Assembly (NCBI RefSeq): GCF_963921235.1
Contig: NC_086097.1
Location: forward strand, 115,322,001 to 115,386,000
Reading direction: 5' to 3'
DNA: 64,000 nucleotides
DNA from: Mobula hypostoma
Lineage: Eukaryota
Shown here: piece after piece, positions 23,800 through 35,410 of the stretch
Position numbering within the stretch: the first letter of the stretch is position 1
How the letters are laid out: every line of letters starts with the position of its first letter
Translations under genes and position numbers: made by a program
Notes under the pieces: generated by a model
What the model was told of the DNA's origin: nothing
Seen by the model: only the letters and a program-made list of their open reading frames with translations
Database searches by the model: none

Positions 23800-24714
23800 T
23801 TGGTGCAATGTGAGAAAAATGACCCGACATACCAGTTGAACTTCCTGGTGTTGGAACAGACGGTGGTGGACCTGGGGATGGAAACCCAGGTCGTCAATCT
23901 GAATGAGACACAGGGAAGAGAGGGGATTTGCACCGCACTGCGGTCATGTACTGATGAATTAATCCAGCGAGAAGAAACAATGACCCATCTTCGAAGGGAT
24001 CAGCAGAAACTCAAGACGTCCATTCAGAACAGATTGGAAGATTTACAAGTTGGGGAAGATCAAGGAAGTGTTCTGACTAGGGACAACAGAAAACCGAGAG
24101 CCCAAGGAGGCGAGTTTGACTACACTCCCGAGGAGGTGAAGAAATGGAGGACAGATCTCGGAAAAGGGAGACAGATGCTTGAAAGGAACCTGAAGATGAC
24201 TATCGCGAGTTTAAATGAAGTGGAAAAACTGAAAGTTGATCTGGAAGACGTCCTCAGGAAGAAACAACCGGAGGCTGAACATTCTTTAACTGCTGCTTTT
24301 CAGGTCAGGGTGGAAGAAGCTGGTGGGGTAACTGCGTCCCAGACTGAGATGGCCAGGAACCCTGAGTCAGAACTGCTGAGGCTGTGGCGAGAGTTGAAGG
24401 AGTCCCCAAAGAAGCTGACGTCTCGACTGCAGGAGGCTGAAGGGGTAGCCCCGGCTAAATGTTTCAGTTTGGAGAAACTTAACCAGCAGCTATCGATCGA
24501 GGGAATGAGGAAGGATACGGATTTGAAGGATGATGTGCTGCACATGTGGAACATGCTACCTTTCGCTAACTTCCCCGTGATTGAGGAAGAGACCTTTGGC
24601 CCTTCTCCCACTGAGTCAGGTGTAGTGGGGAGGGCTAGCTGTGGGCAGTCTGAGTTGCGGCAGGATTGGGAAGGAGGAGAGGCGGGGCCCTGGACACGGG
24701 ACTGGGGACTCTGA
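23800..24714 (+). CDS. Open 304-codon frame encoding captured sarcomeric myosin heavy chain rod segments (MYH16-like) plus a retroelement-like tail; expression unknown
   Basis: EKND, LEDLQVGEDQ, NLKMTIASLNEVEKLKVDLEDVLRKK, RVEEAGGVTASQTEM..ESELLRLWRELKE, KKLTSRLQEAE..AKCFSLEK match myosin S2/LMM motifs in the native order. Confidence 0.75.
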   Translation: MVQCEKNDPTYQLNFLVLEQTVVDLGMETQVVNLNETQGREGICTALRSCTDELIQREETMTHLRRDQQKLKTSIQNRLEDLQVGEDQGSVLTRDNRKPRAQGGEFDYTPEEVKKWRTDLGKGRQMLERNLKMTIASLNEVEKLKVDLEDVLRKKQPEAEHSLTAAFQVRVEEAGGVTASQTEMARNPESELLRLWRELKESPKKLTSRLQEAEGVAPAKCFSLEKLNQQLSIEGMRKDTDLKDDVLHMWNMLPFANFPVIEEETFGPSPTESGVVGRASCGQSELRQDWEGGEAGPWTRDWGL

Positions 24715-24992
24715 GCTGTAGTGGTGGCCTGAGTGAGAGAGGAGTTGGCAAGCAGGCCTGAGGTATCCCTAGTAGTGTCTGAGCCTTTTGGGTTTAGGTG
24801 AGGGAGTACGGAGATCTCAGAGGGTTAAGAAGCTTCCAGATAGGTTGGCCTATTTAGCGCCCGTGGGACGGGAGTAAGGTCCACTGTTTGGGGAGCACTG
24901 TCACTGTGTGTATCTGTGTATGCGTGTGTTGTGTGTCTGTAGGACTGGGTGGCGAGTTATTTAGAAGTCATGAGGACATGACTTTATTTGCT

Positions 24993-25002
24993 GGGGGGAG
25001 AG
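24993..25002 (+). promoter_or_regulatory. Polypurine tract
   Basis: GGGGGGAGAG immediately before the 3' LTR. Confidence 0.85.
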
Positions 25003-25700
25003 TGTAAGGGGGTTTCGATTTTTATGTTACTGCGGAAGCTAATTAAGATGGCGTCTTTGTTATGTTAATCTGGGGAATGCGGCTTTGTTGTCTTAAACGC
25101 TGAGAAAGTTTGCGCTAGCAGCTTGTTGTGGTTTAGAGGGTGATAAGAAATACGTTATTAACCAATTGGGATAGTTGTTATGGTTTTGGGGTATTTGAAG
25201 ATATTGTTTGCGAGGGGGTTTTGGGGGCAGAAGGTGGGAGAGCGAGACAGAGGATGGACGATGTGCTGTGATGTCCACTAATGGGGTCGAACCCCGAGCG
25301 GGACGTTCTGTGAGGAAAGGGAGACGGATTCGTGTGGAGCGTCTGGTTGACCACCGTTGTTGGTCCCAGGCGGCCGGTCCAGGTGGTCCGAGGGGGTCGC
25401 AGGGTGAAGAAGAAGGTCCTTGAGCTCCAACGGTTGTTGTGCACGAAGAGATTGAACTTTGATAAGTGTGGCGCCTTTTATTTTCCTTTTATATTTTATT
25501 CTCTTTTAATTATATAGTTCCAGTAATATCTATAAACTGTAAATCATTTAATTGCATCTGGTGTATTGTCTGTTATTTGGGCGGGGTGGGGTACCTCACA
25601 CAGCATCCACACAAACAAGTTATCCAGTTTGGCGGGGCCGAGGCTGTTTCCCTAGACAACAGCGAGCCGAGCGACCCTGAGAGTGGCCAGGGGGGCTACA
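25003..25700 (+). repeat. 3' LTR (698 bp)
   Basis: TGTAAGGGGG..GGGCTACA followed by TTTA. Confidence 0.95.
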
Positions 25701-26159
25701 TTTATTATTCTCTTTATGCTTCTTGTGAATTTTTTATGCTGCATTGGATCCAGAGTAGCAATCATTTTATTCTGAAAAATGACGATAAACAACCTTGAAG
25801 GTTGAATCTTGAAGATGGGACTAAATAGAGTACAAAAGAGTGAGATGAATATTGGACAAAGTTTGTGGCAAGAGAATGATGAGGAATGACTGAGACAGGT
25901 GTCATGGCTGCTAGAGGATACAATTTGGAGATGATATCACTGATCCTTCCAATGCACATGGGACGGTTGTATCCTTGGTTTTGGAGCTTCACTCCTCCTC
26001 ACATTGATCTCTGAGACAACTTTATCCCACTGCCTTAGGAGGATAAATCTGGAGTTCTCCCATGACTGTGGAAACATATCACCTTACCAATTCAATTACA
26101 CAAACACAAAAGGGCTCAGAACAAAGCTATATCAATTCTGTGCTATTACGGTGTAGACG

Positions 26160-26420
26160 TGACCTTTAGGGTGCAGTTAGTCCAATGCTTTGCAGTGTCA
26201 GCCATCCAATTCCCCCCAATGTCTGTAAGGAATATGTACGTCCTCCATTTGCCCGCATGGATTTCCTCCCACATTCCATAAAATCCATACAGTCGACGTT
26301 TTAGGCTGAGTCGCATCATCAAGTCTGGCTGAAGGGTCTTGGCCTGAAACGTTGACTGTTTATTCCTTTCCATACATACTGCCTAACCTGCTGAGTTCCC
26401 TGAGTTTTGATGTGTCACTT
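26160..26420. mobile_element. V-SINE fragment followed by inverted pair of Penelope hammerhead-type tails
   Basis: V-domain-like 26220-26285; cagtcgacgtttt..tgaagggtcttggcctgaaacgttgactg inverted pair 26290-26358. Confidence 0.55.
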
Positions 26421-26929
26421 TAAGATGTAATTTTTATTCCATGAGTGCATATTAATCACGAGTAATTCCAAAATTCCTATGCACAGCTGTAATTAACAGG
26501 CAGATAGAAATGTGCACAATAATTAAATTATCAGAGTAGCAATCCAGAGATTTCTCTAGGAAGATGAATTCAAATCCCCTTATAGCAGTTGGTGATCTTA
26601 AAGACATTTAATTAAATAATCATTATTTTTATTAAAGAGTGACTTCAGTAATAGTGTCAATGGTACTAACTGACAGATATCCTCCCCAGATTCACAAAGG
26701 ACGTTCATTTCATTGTGATGTGACAACTCATCAGTGAGCTGGCATTGTTCAATTCCATTTACAGCTTCTCAGAAAAAGAAGCAGCCCCTGCATCAAGGTG
26801 AAGGGGAAATATGAATAAGGACCGATAAATTGCATGCTATTTTTGCACCATATAAGAGAGAGTCCAATAATCTGCTTTTAATATTCAGTAAAATTGCCAT
26901 CATAGTCCCGGAGATCACCTTTGAACAGA

Positions 26930-28260
26930 AACTTAATTGGAGTAACCACTTACCAACACAGCTGGAAGAGTAGCACAGAGGCTGTGTATCTACAAGAGAG
27001 TTTGGAGGCTCAGGGCCTGAGCTCACTGGAGTTCAGAAGAATGAAAGGTAGCCTCTTTGACTTCAGGAAGAGTAAGATGAGGAAACACGAACCAATCCTC
27101 ATAGAGGGATCAGAAGTGGAGAAAGTGAGCAATTTCAAGTTCCTTGGTGTCAAGGTCTCTAAGGATCTAACCTGGTCCCAACATATCGATGCAGCTGTAA
27201 AAAAGGCAAGACTGCGGCTATATTTCATTCGGAGTTTGAAGAGATTTTGCTTGTCACCTAAAGCACTCAATAGTCTATAGATATAATGTGGAAGGCACTC
27301 CAATAGGCTCCATCACTCTCTGGTACTGGGGTGTGGGGCGCTTCTACAAAAGACTGAAAGAAGCTACAACTTGGGTACTAGCCTCTGTAGTATCCAACAC
27401 TTCAAGGAGCGGTACCTCAGAAAGGCCGTTATTAAGGACCCCCATCACCCAGTGCATGCTTTCTTCTCATGTTACCATTAGGAAGGAGGTACAGAAGTCT
27501 GAAGGCACCCACTCAGCAATTCAGGAACAGCTTCGTCCGTTCTGCTATCCAGTTCCTAAATGGACACTGAACCCACGAACACAATCTCACTTTTTAATTA
27601 TATATTATTTCAGTTCTTGTACTATTTTAAATCTAGTTAATATACGTATATATATTTACTGTAATTGATTTGTTTTTTTCTTTCTATATTATCATGTATT
27701 GCATTGTACTGCTGCTGCAGCAAAGTTAACAAATTTCATGACAGCTGCCGATGAAAATAAAACTGATTCTGATCCTGAAACTTACTGAATATTGACTACA
27801 GGAGGAACAAACCTTGGGGGTGGCGTGGGTCCATGAACCAGTCCTCATCAGGGGATCAGAGGTGGAGAGGGTCAGTAGCTTTAAATTTCTTGATGTTATC
27901 ATGTCTGAGGAGCCATCCTGGGGTGATCACGCAAGTGCCATTTCAAAGAAGGTACTTGAAAAAGCTAGTGCAGAATCGCCATGTCATCCAAAACTTTGAC
28001 AAATTTCTGTAGATGCGCAGTGGAGAGAACCCTAACTAGTTGCATCAACATTTTGCATGGAAACACAAAAGTCCAAGAATGGAAATGACCACAAAAAGTG
28101 CTGGACCCAGCCCACCCATCAGAGAAAGAGCACTTCTTACCGTTGAACACATGTACAAGGAGTGTTTCCACAGAAACGCAACATCCATCGTCAGTAACCA
28201 TCCTGGCCATGCTCTCTTCTCACTGCTGCCAGGAATCTTCCAGTCAAGCTGTCACCAACA
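26930..28260 (+). mobile_element. Cluster of Rex1/Babar 3' fragments
   Basis: DFRK..HEPILIEGSEVEKVSNFKFLGV..DLTWSQHID..KKARLRLYFIRSLK; second copy HEPVLIRGSEVERVSSFKFL; tails with aataaaactgattctgat. Confidence 0.85.
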
Positions 28261-29119
28261 AATACCAGTTCCTTGGGTAACATCTTCCAGATAGTCAATT
28301 ATTTCATTTTTTTCTTCGTCTTTTATTTATTCTTTATATCTTAATTGTGTTTTGAAAACTATTATCATCTGTGAGTTATAGCTTGACATTCAATAAATTG
28401 ATCTAACACTCTACTGTCCCCAAGAAAATTCCAGAACAGGACCTCAAGCACCAGTTCTCCCGAACAGGAGACCGGAGACAGAGCCCAGGGCTATGATCGA
28501 GTCTATTTCTTGGAATTGAAATGTTGAGGAAGGTTGAAGCATCTAGGCAAATGTGAAGGAGGCGGGTTCAGAGGGTGCTCTTAATGAGCTAGGGGTGTCT
28601 CCCCATGGGAGGACCCGTTGGGCCAGAGGTCACTCGCTAAAGAATGAAGGCCCCACAGAAGGACAGAGCTCAAGCTGTTGGATCTCCTCGATGCTGACAG
28701 AGGACGTTTTCAAAATTCAGAGGCTTATGTGACTATTATTAGTGTGGACTGTAGTTTATATTGGTCTCCTGGTTTTCTGTGCTTTCTTTCTTGTTGCCGA
28801 TTGGCAGGTGGGTACTTTTTTTAAGTGAGGGAGGTTTGGGTGTGTGATGTTATTGTCACTTTTTTTTGTGTGGGAGGAGCTTGGGGGTTTGATGTTTTAG
28901 CTGTCGTGTCAGGGTGGGAAATTTGTTAGCTTTTGTGCAAGGGAGAGGCTGGGGGTTTTGGGGTTTGTGAGTTCTGTCTCTTTTTCTTCTTCATGGGGGA
29001 GGGGTGCTTCAACAACTTCCATTGTTTATCTGTATTTTATGGCTATCTGGAGAAGATGAATCTCAGAGTTGTATTCTGCATACATACTTTGATAATAAAG
29101 TGAACCTTTGAACCTTTGA

Positions 29120-29545
29120 AGGAGGTACAGGAGCCTCAGGTCCCACACCACCTGGTTTAGGAACAGTTATTTTCCTTCAGCCATCAGGCTCCTGAACCTG
29201 TGTGGATGACTTCATTTACCTCAACTCTGAACTGACTCCACAAACTATGGACTCATTTTCAAAGACTTTACAACACATGTTTTCTCTATTTTTTATCAGT
29301 TCATTTGTTTGCTTGTTTGTGTTTGTTTATTTATGTATGTATGCATTTATTTATTATTTTGGTATATTTGCATTTTGTTGTCTTTTGCATGTTGGTTGTT
29401 TGTCAGTCTTTCTGTGTATCTTTCTTTGTCTTTTTTCATTGATTTGATTCATTTCCTATCTTATTCGACTGAAGGAAAATGAATTTCAGAACAGTATATT
29501 GTAACACATCTGTACTTTAACAATAAGCTTATTTTGAACTTTGAA
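29120..29545 (+). mobile_element. Rex/Babar 3' end
   Basis: ggaggtacaggagcctcagg..ggaacagttatttt..; tail ttgaactttgaa. Confidence 0.7.
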
Positions 29546-29547
29546 TT

Positions 29548-29905
29548 CTGAAAGGCCCAGATAGAATGTACTTGGAGAGGATGTTTCTAATAGTGGGAGA
29601 GTCTAGTACCAGAGAGAACAACTTCAGAATTGAAGGGTGTCCCTTTAGAACAGAGATGAGGAAGAATTTCATTAGCCAGAGGGTAGTGAATCTGTGGAAT
29701 TCATTCTACTGACATTTGCGGAGGCTATATCATTGGGTATATTTAAAGCAGACATTGATAGGTTCTTGATTAGTAACAGTGTCAAATGTTACAAGGGGAA
29801 GGCAGAAAGAGGGGGCTGAAAGGGAAAATAAATGTCACCTTTGAATGGTGGAACAGACCTGATGGGCTGAATGGCCTAATTCTGATCCCCTATGTCTTTT
29901 GATCT
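29548..29905 (+). mobile_element. CR1 3' end
   Basis: gagatgaggaagaatttc..ccagagggtagtgaatctgtggaattc; gatgggctgaatggcctaattctg. Confidence 0.8.
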
Positions 29906-31384
29906 TTACAGCAGAGAGAACTCCACTCAGCCCTTGAGGGTGGTCCCAATGACTTCAGGCCAGTGAGGACATGACTGTCATCCAAGCTCAAGTAGCTGTG
30001 ATACAAGCTTAAGTAGCAATGGACTTCTTTCATTATAAGGGCTTTGTAGTTATAAGGACAATTCAGATTTATTGTCATCTGACTGTACTTAAATACAACC
30101 AAATGAAACAACATTCCTCCAGATAATTCTAGCCATCAGGAAGGAGGCACAGGAACATCAGGGAGAGGTGTGTCAGACTGGGTAACAGCTTCCTCCCTCA
30201 GGCTGGGAGCTTAATGAATACCCTGCTACCACTGAGGTCTTGTCATTTGGACAGTGAGCTGTTTCCTGTTTACTGTATACTGTTCACCTGTCTTGTGCAC
30301 CACATGCACTTTGAATTATATTTTACTAACTTATTTGTGGTAATATTATGTTTTATGTGCTGTATATGATAAATATTTTCGGAGTGCACGACGATCCAGA
30401 GGAATGTTTTTTCATTTGATTGTATCTATGTACAGTCAGATGACAGTAAGCTTGAACTTGAATTTTCAGACATAAAACCCAGAACATAGAACATCATAGG
30501 CACTTTGGCATGATGTTGTATTGACTTTTTAACCTAATCTAAGATCAATCTAACTCTTTCTTCCACATAGTCCTTAATTTTTCTATCATCTATGTGTCTA
30601 AGAGTTTGGTAAATGTCCCTAATATTTCTACCACAACCCCGGCAGGGTGTTCCATGGACCCACCAATCTCTGTGTAAGAAAACGACCCTTTGACAAATCA
30701 TACCTTCTTCCAATCAAATTAAAATTATACCCCCTCATATTAGCCATTTCTGCCCTGGGAGAAAAGTCCCAGGCTCTCCACTCCATCAATGTCTCTTATA
30801 TTATACATACATATCTATTGAGTCATCCCTCATCCTCCCTCAGTCTAAAGAGAAAAATTCAAACACATTTTTAAGATTGTTAATCCAGCCTTTCATGGGG
30901 TGAGCAATCTCTTGCGGGCTCTCAGCATCCTGACTGATCTGGCAGTGTCTTTACTGTTTTCACCAACCTGCAAGCAAATAATACACACCAGGGCTGAGTC
31001 ATCTGGGCCAAGAATTGCTAACGTTTTCTCTCCATTGCACATATGACCTTCTTTACTGCTGAATCTGATACAAAGGCAGTATGCAAGGGTGATTCGTTAG
31101 TGACCTACTGTATAGTTGTGGTCTCGATCTGGATCTACAGGCCTGCTTGGCATGATATATTTGCCTGTTTCAGCATTTGTATTGAACAATGAGATGATCA
31201 GTTACAGAGGAATGGGAATGTAGTGAGTGTCTATGGGGACTTGTTTCCCTTATTTCACTGTTGTCATAAATGATAAGCATCACTGAGAGGTTTATTGCCA
31301 TGAGGGTTGTGAAGAACTTACTGATCCACTACCAACAGTGGAAAAATTGAACTGTTTTGAAATATCTGGTTCCCTAAGTTTATC

Positions 31385-31970
31385 ATGGCTGTGGAGGGTA
31401 GATAGAAGGGACCAGCTCCCACTACCTATTAAATGCTCCCAATGGTGTGCATCTCAAATAGCCCCTGACAACCAAGTCCATCTCCTGGCTTTCATGTGTG
31501 GCTTAGCTACTAAACCCGGTAGAACCTTTTCTATTGACAGGTGAAGGGGCAAAGGTGGGTTACTGGCACCTTAAAACCAGTTGCTTTGGGCAGGTGGAGC
31601 TCGTCAGCTGTGACTGGCAGCTCATTTAGGAAATGGGAAACTCGGATCTCAAGCCTCCGCTGCCTTGTGGCTATACCCACTCGCAGGAGAGGCTTTGGGA
31701 GTAAACCCCGAGGGAAATATCCAGAGCAAGAGTTCTTAAGGCAGTCTTACATTCAGATCAACGTTGACTGGCAACTCCTGTGATGCCAGTGGTGGCATAA
31801 TGCATTGATCTCTGGCGTTCTGTTGGATTCATCAGCTGCATAGAGAAGAGCTGTCTGCTGCATAGGTTTCAGCTTGCTCTCCATATTGTACTACCCTGGC
31901 TTGTGTGTCGACTGATCATAGACAGCTTGTTTGCAACATCTATGGTCAATCCCAACCAACAAAGGCCTCA
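31385..31970 (+). mobile_element. Non-autonomous RTE-like element, older copy
   Basis: Colinear with the reverse complement of 44055-44631 (agctcccactacc..ctcaaatagcc.ctgacaaccaagtcc). Confidence 0.7.
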
Positions 31971-32518
31971 TGAAATATCTCCAATGTGGTAAAAGTACAA
32001 GCACACAGGAGCAGAATGACATGCTTCACTTCAATATTGTCTCCGACTTTGCAATTATTACAGAACATAAGAAACAGCTGTCTTTGTGAAATGTGAACTG
32101 TTTAGTTAGTGCAGAAGCCAGGCTGAAATGCAACTGACAAAGCACTGCCGAAGCCTTTGGTTTCATTCAAGTCAATAAATCGATTGTGGCCACCAATTCC
32201 ATTGCATTGACATAGTACAAATGTCTACCTAACCTGTCCACCGCATCCAGCTACCCATTTGTTTCAAAACTTGCCAAATTAACATTAAACTCTATGTTTC
32301 ATTGCTTTGTGCAGACTTCCATCACCTGCCTGGTGTTCGGTGACTGGCGGGCCTGGACTTGATACCGAGCATTGAGGCCTGGCGATGAGTCAAGTATCTG
32401 GAAGTTGGGACCTCAAGTTGAATTGGAAATCAGGAAGTCTGCGAATCTCTGTGAGTCCCCTGGGGAGGTTGAAGCACAGTTTCTGCGGACCCAGGTCCAT
32501 GTCTGCTGGAGGCTGAAC

Positions 32519-33048
32519 TAGGGTTGCCAACATTCTCACTCCTAAATAAGGGACAAAAGTAGCAGTCAAATACGGGACACTTGTGTTTACCCTGAGAAAG
32601 ACTACCATGACCATGAAGCCTTGCACGGGCACCTGTGTGCGCATGCGTGACGTGCGCATACATCGTGCCGATTTTTTTTCTACAAATCGGTATTGGCGAT
32701 TCTGTTCACTGAAACTAGACTGTACATACATTATTTCTACTTTATATAGGCTGTGTATTTATCATATCATTCCTGCTTTTACTATATGTTAGTGTTATTT
32801 TAGGTTTTTTGTGTTATTTGGTATGATTTGGTAGGTTATTTTTTGGGTCTGGCGATGCTCAAAAATTTTTCCCATATAAATTAATGGTAATTGCTTCTTT
32901 GCTTTACGCCATTTCGGCACGAAACGTTTCATAGGAACGCTCTACTTTAGTGGGGGAAATTCGGGACAAGGGCGGTCCTATATGGGACAAACCAATTTAG
33001 CCCAATATATGGGACATCCCGGCTAGTACGGGACAGCTGGCAACCCTA
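32519..33048. mobile_element. hAT-superfamily MITE
   Basis: TIRs TAGGGTTGCCA / TGGCAACCCTA; perfect 8-bp TSD GGCTGAAC at 32511-32518 and 33049-33056; repeated subterminal GGGACA. Confidence 0.92.
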
Positions 33049-34277
33049 GGCTGAACGTAGATGTCTGTGCTGGGGTTAAAGGACTTTGTATATGTGTGAG
33101 TGGAAAGGAGGAATGGGGTTTGTTTTTGCTGTGGCTGTTTGTTGCCTGTTGTGTTCTGTGTTGCTCTGCCGAGCATGGTGGGAACGTTACGTCAGCACCA
33201 GAGTGTGTGCCGACACTTGCGTGCTGCCCCCAGCACACCTTTGTCTGTGTTGGCTGCTAACACAAATGATGCATTTCACTGTATGTTTTGACCTACAGCG
33301 CACGCAGAAAATAAACCTTGAATCTACAGATAATTTGTTTCATTATCAAAATTGCTCTTGATGGTAAATGACTGATATATGGCAAGACCACATTAAAGAG
33401 GTTTCTGTTAGATATCAATAATTGAAAAATGAGAAGGCCCAGGCTGATTGTGTTTTGCAGTCCACTGAAGACTAGTTGCCTGGCAATGCTTCATAGCTTT
33501 CTGAGAACAGGATGCTGAGCCAGAGGCTTCTCTGTTCCACACAGGTGCACCAGAAGTCAGGCTGGCTTCCCCGCCTCTATTTCACAAACAGATCAATGGA
33601 GCCCTGGGAGAAGCTTATTTCTGAGCAGAGGCTAAGTATGTGGCTTGGGATATGCAAGAATCAATTTATTATTGTCAAATCTACCAGGTGAGGAAAATAT
33701 TTGTTCAAAGATTGTTTTGCAGTCAAAGCAGTTGTTTGTCGCAGAAACCGAAGGTTGTGGAATAAATTCTAGTCCTTTTTTTTTCACCCACCTTCAATAT
33801 TCAAAGTAAGTTCATTATCAGTATACCAACATGTCAACAAATACTACCTTGAGATTCATTTTCTTGCAGACATTTAAAGAAATACAGTAGAACTTATGGA
33901 AAAACTATACATAAAAATGACTGACAAATAAGAAATGTGCAAAAATAGACAAGTTATGTAAGTGAAGAAAAAGTGATAACATGAAAACATCCTTGAAAGT
34001 GAGTTTGAAAGTTATGGAGTCATGTCTGTGTTGAGTGAAGTTATCTGCACCGGTTCAGGAGTCTGATGATTGTAGAGTAATAACTGCTCCTGAACCACGG
34101 TGGTATGGGAACCGAGGCTCCTGTACCTTCCTGTTGATGGTAGTAGCAAGAAAAGACCATGCTGGATGATGGGGTCCTTGGCAATAGACACCCCCCCCAA
34201 CCATGTAGCAATACATGGAAAGCATCTCATGGCCTAGTAAGAGGCAAATATTATTTTTACCACAAAGGGATAATGTA

Positions 34278-34840
34278 ATCAGTCAGTCAGTCAGTGGGTG
34301 CCGTCCCGAATCCGGGGTTGGCGACTATGCACCTCCATCTTCTTCCATCTTGCAACAGCACCAAGTACAGCCACTCCTCCAGTTTGTTCTCGCTGGCCAC
34401 CTTGGCACTGCCCGCCGCTGCCCCGCCGAACTCGAGCCCGAGGCCATGTCGGCCACCAAGCGCGGCCGCTTCTTCAAGCTCGGCCCTTCCTTAGGCAGAG
34501 GACTTGGGCAGGTCCAGGCACACGGTGCAGCGCCCAAGTTCATCATATCTCTTCTAACCAGGTGCATAGCATACGATGGTGAGGCTTTAATCTCTTCCAC
34601 GGAAGATGGCCGTTGGCTCACAAGGAGCTCATCCACCCTTTGTCAGGTCTTGCTTTTTCAGTCCTGCTGGGTGTCCTCACACCCTCCTCATCAGACTAAG
34701 TCTGGTAGTGGAGCCGGCCCAAGTCGCCGACCACTCGACCACGGCCCCTGGCTGAGCGCCGGCCGCCCGCCCCCGCCGAATCTCTCCGAGCGTCCGGTGC
34801 CCATCCGAAAACCATGGTCGAGCGGCCGGCGACCACGTAA
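34278..34840 (-). mobile_element. GC-rich non-autonomous RTE-like element with (ACTG)n tail and long 5' hairpin
   Basis: Minus 3' end RWRCIVANP-like followed by (actg)n; abrupt CpG-rich block; hairpin 34723-34833. Confidence 0.6.
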
Positions 34841-35410
34841 TAATCATCGGTAAAAGGGAAGGTGGGTGTAACGGCCTTGAAATTCAGTGACATTACCATT
34901 GCCAACATATCCATGAGCAAAATTCAGGGGATCACTATTTATAAGAGATTCACATGACTCAGTTACATGAGGAAGTCAAAGGCTGAGTGTTTTGTAAAAA
35001 AAATGCTTTGTCAAAGCCCCTTGCTCACTTATACAGCTTGTCAGGTGTGTGATTGAACAAACCCATAGTTTATAATTGGAACAATTATGGTTGAACCTAT
35101 TAAAGACAAAGCAGCCTGTTCTGTGTCTCATCCACTAACTTTATCTCAGTAACCTTCCTCTTTCATCTTGTGCAGTACTGGAAATGGCTTCTCATCCAAA
35201 CTAATAACAAGGATTCTTCATTAACTAAAGTGGAGGATTAAAATAGTAGGGAATACTCTTCCTTTGCGATTCTTCCACAGATATGGGCAGCTTTTGATAG
35301 GTTTCACAGAAAACAATATATAAAAAATACTCCAACTGGTTACTTGATGCATTGATTAAGGTTGGTTAAACAGTCTGATTGTTCATAACAGCTAATGCAT
35401 TTGACACATA

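Larger units (their letters stand above)
21593..25700 (+). mobile_element. Non-autonomous Ty3/Gypsy LTR retrotransposon carrying captured myosin heavy chain sequence
   Basis: Two ~700-bp direct repeats TGTA..TACA; TTTA TSD at 21589-21592 and 25701-25704; PBS, PPT; gag/protease/RT remnants. Confidence 0.95.

Noticed and set aside
23800..24714. Genuine host myosin gene exons
   Set aside because: Intronless, internally deleted, divergent and enclosed by LTRs; no motor-domain exons in the window
34215..34853. 212-aa ORF and CpG-island-like block as a host promoter or first exon
   Set aside because: Coincides with a GC-rich insert with a microsatellite tail; GC content explains the open frame; no protein similarity recognised
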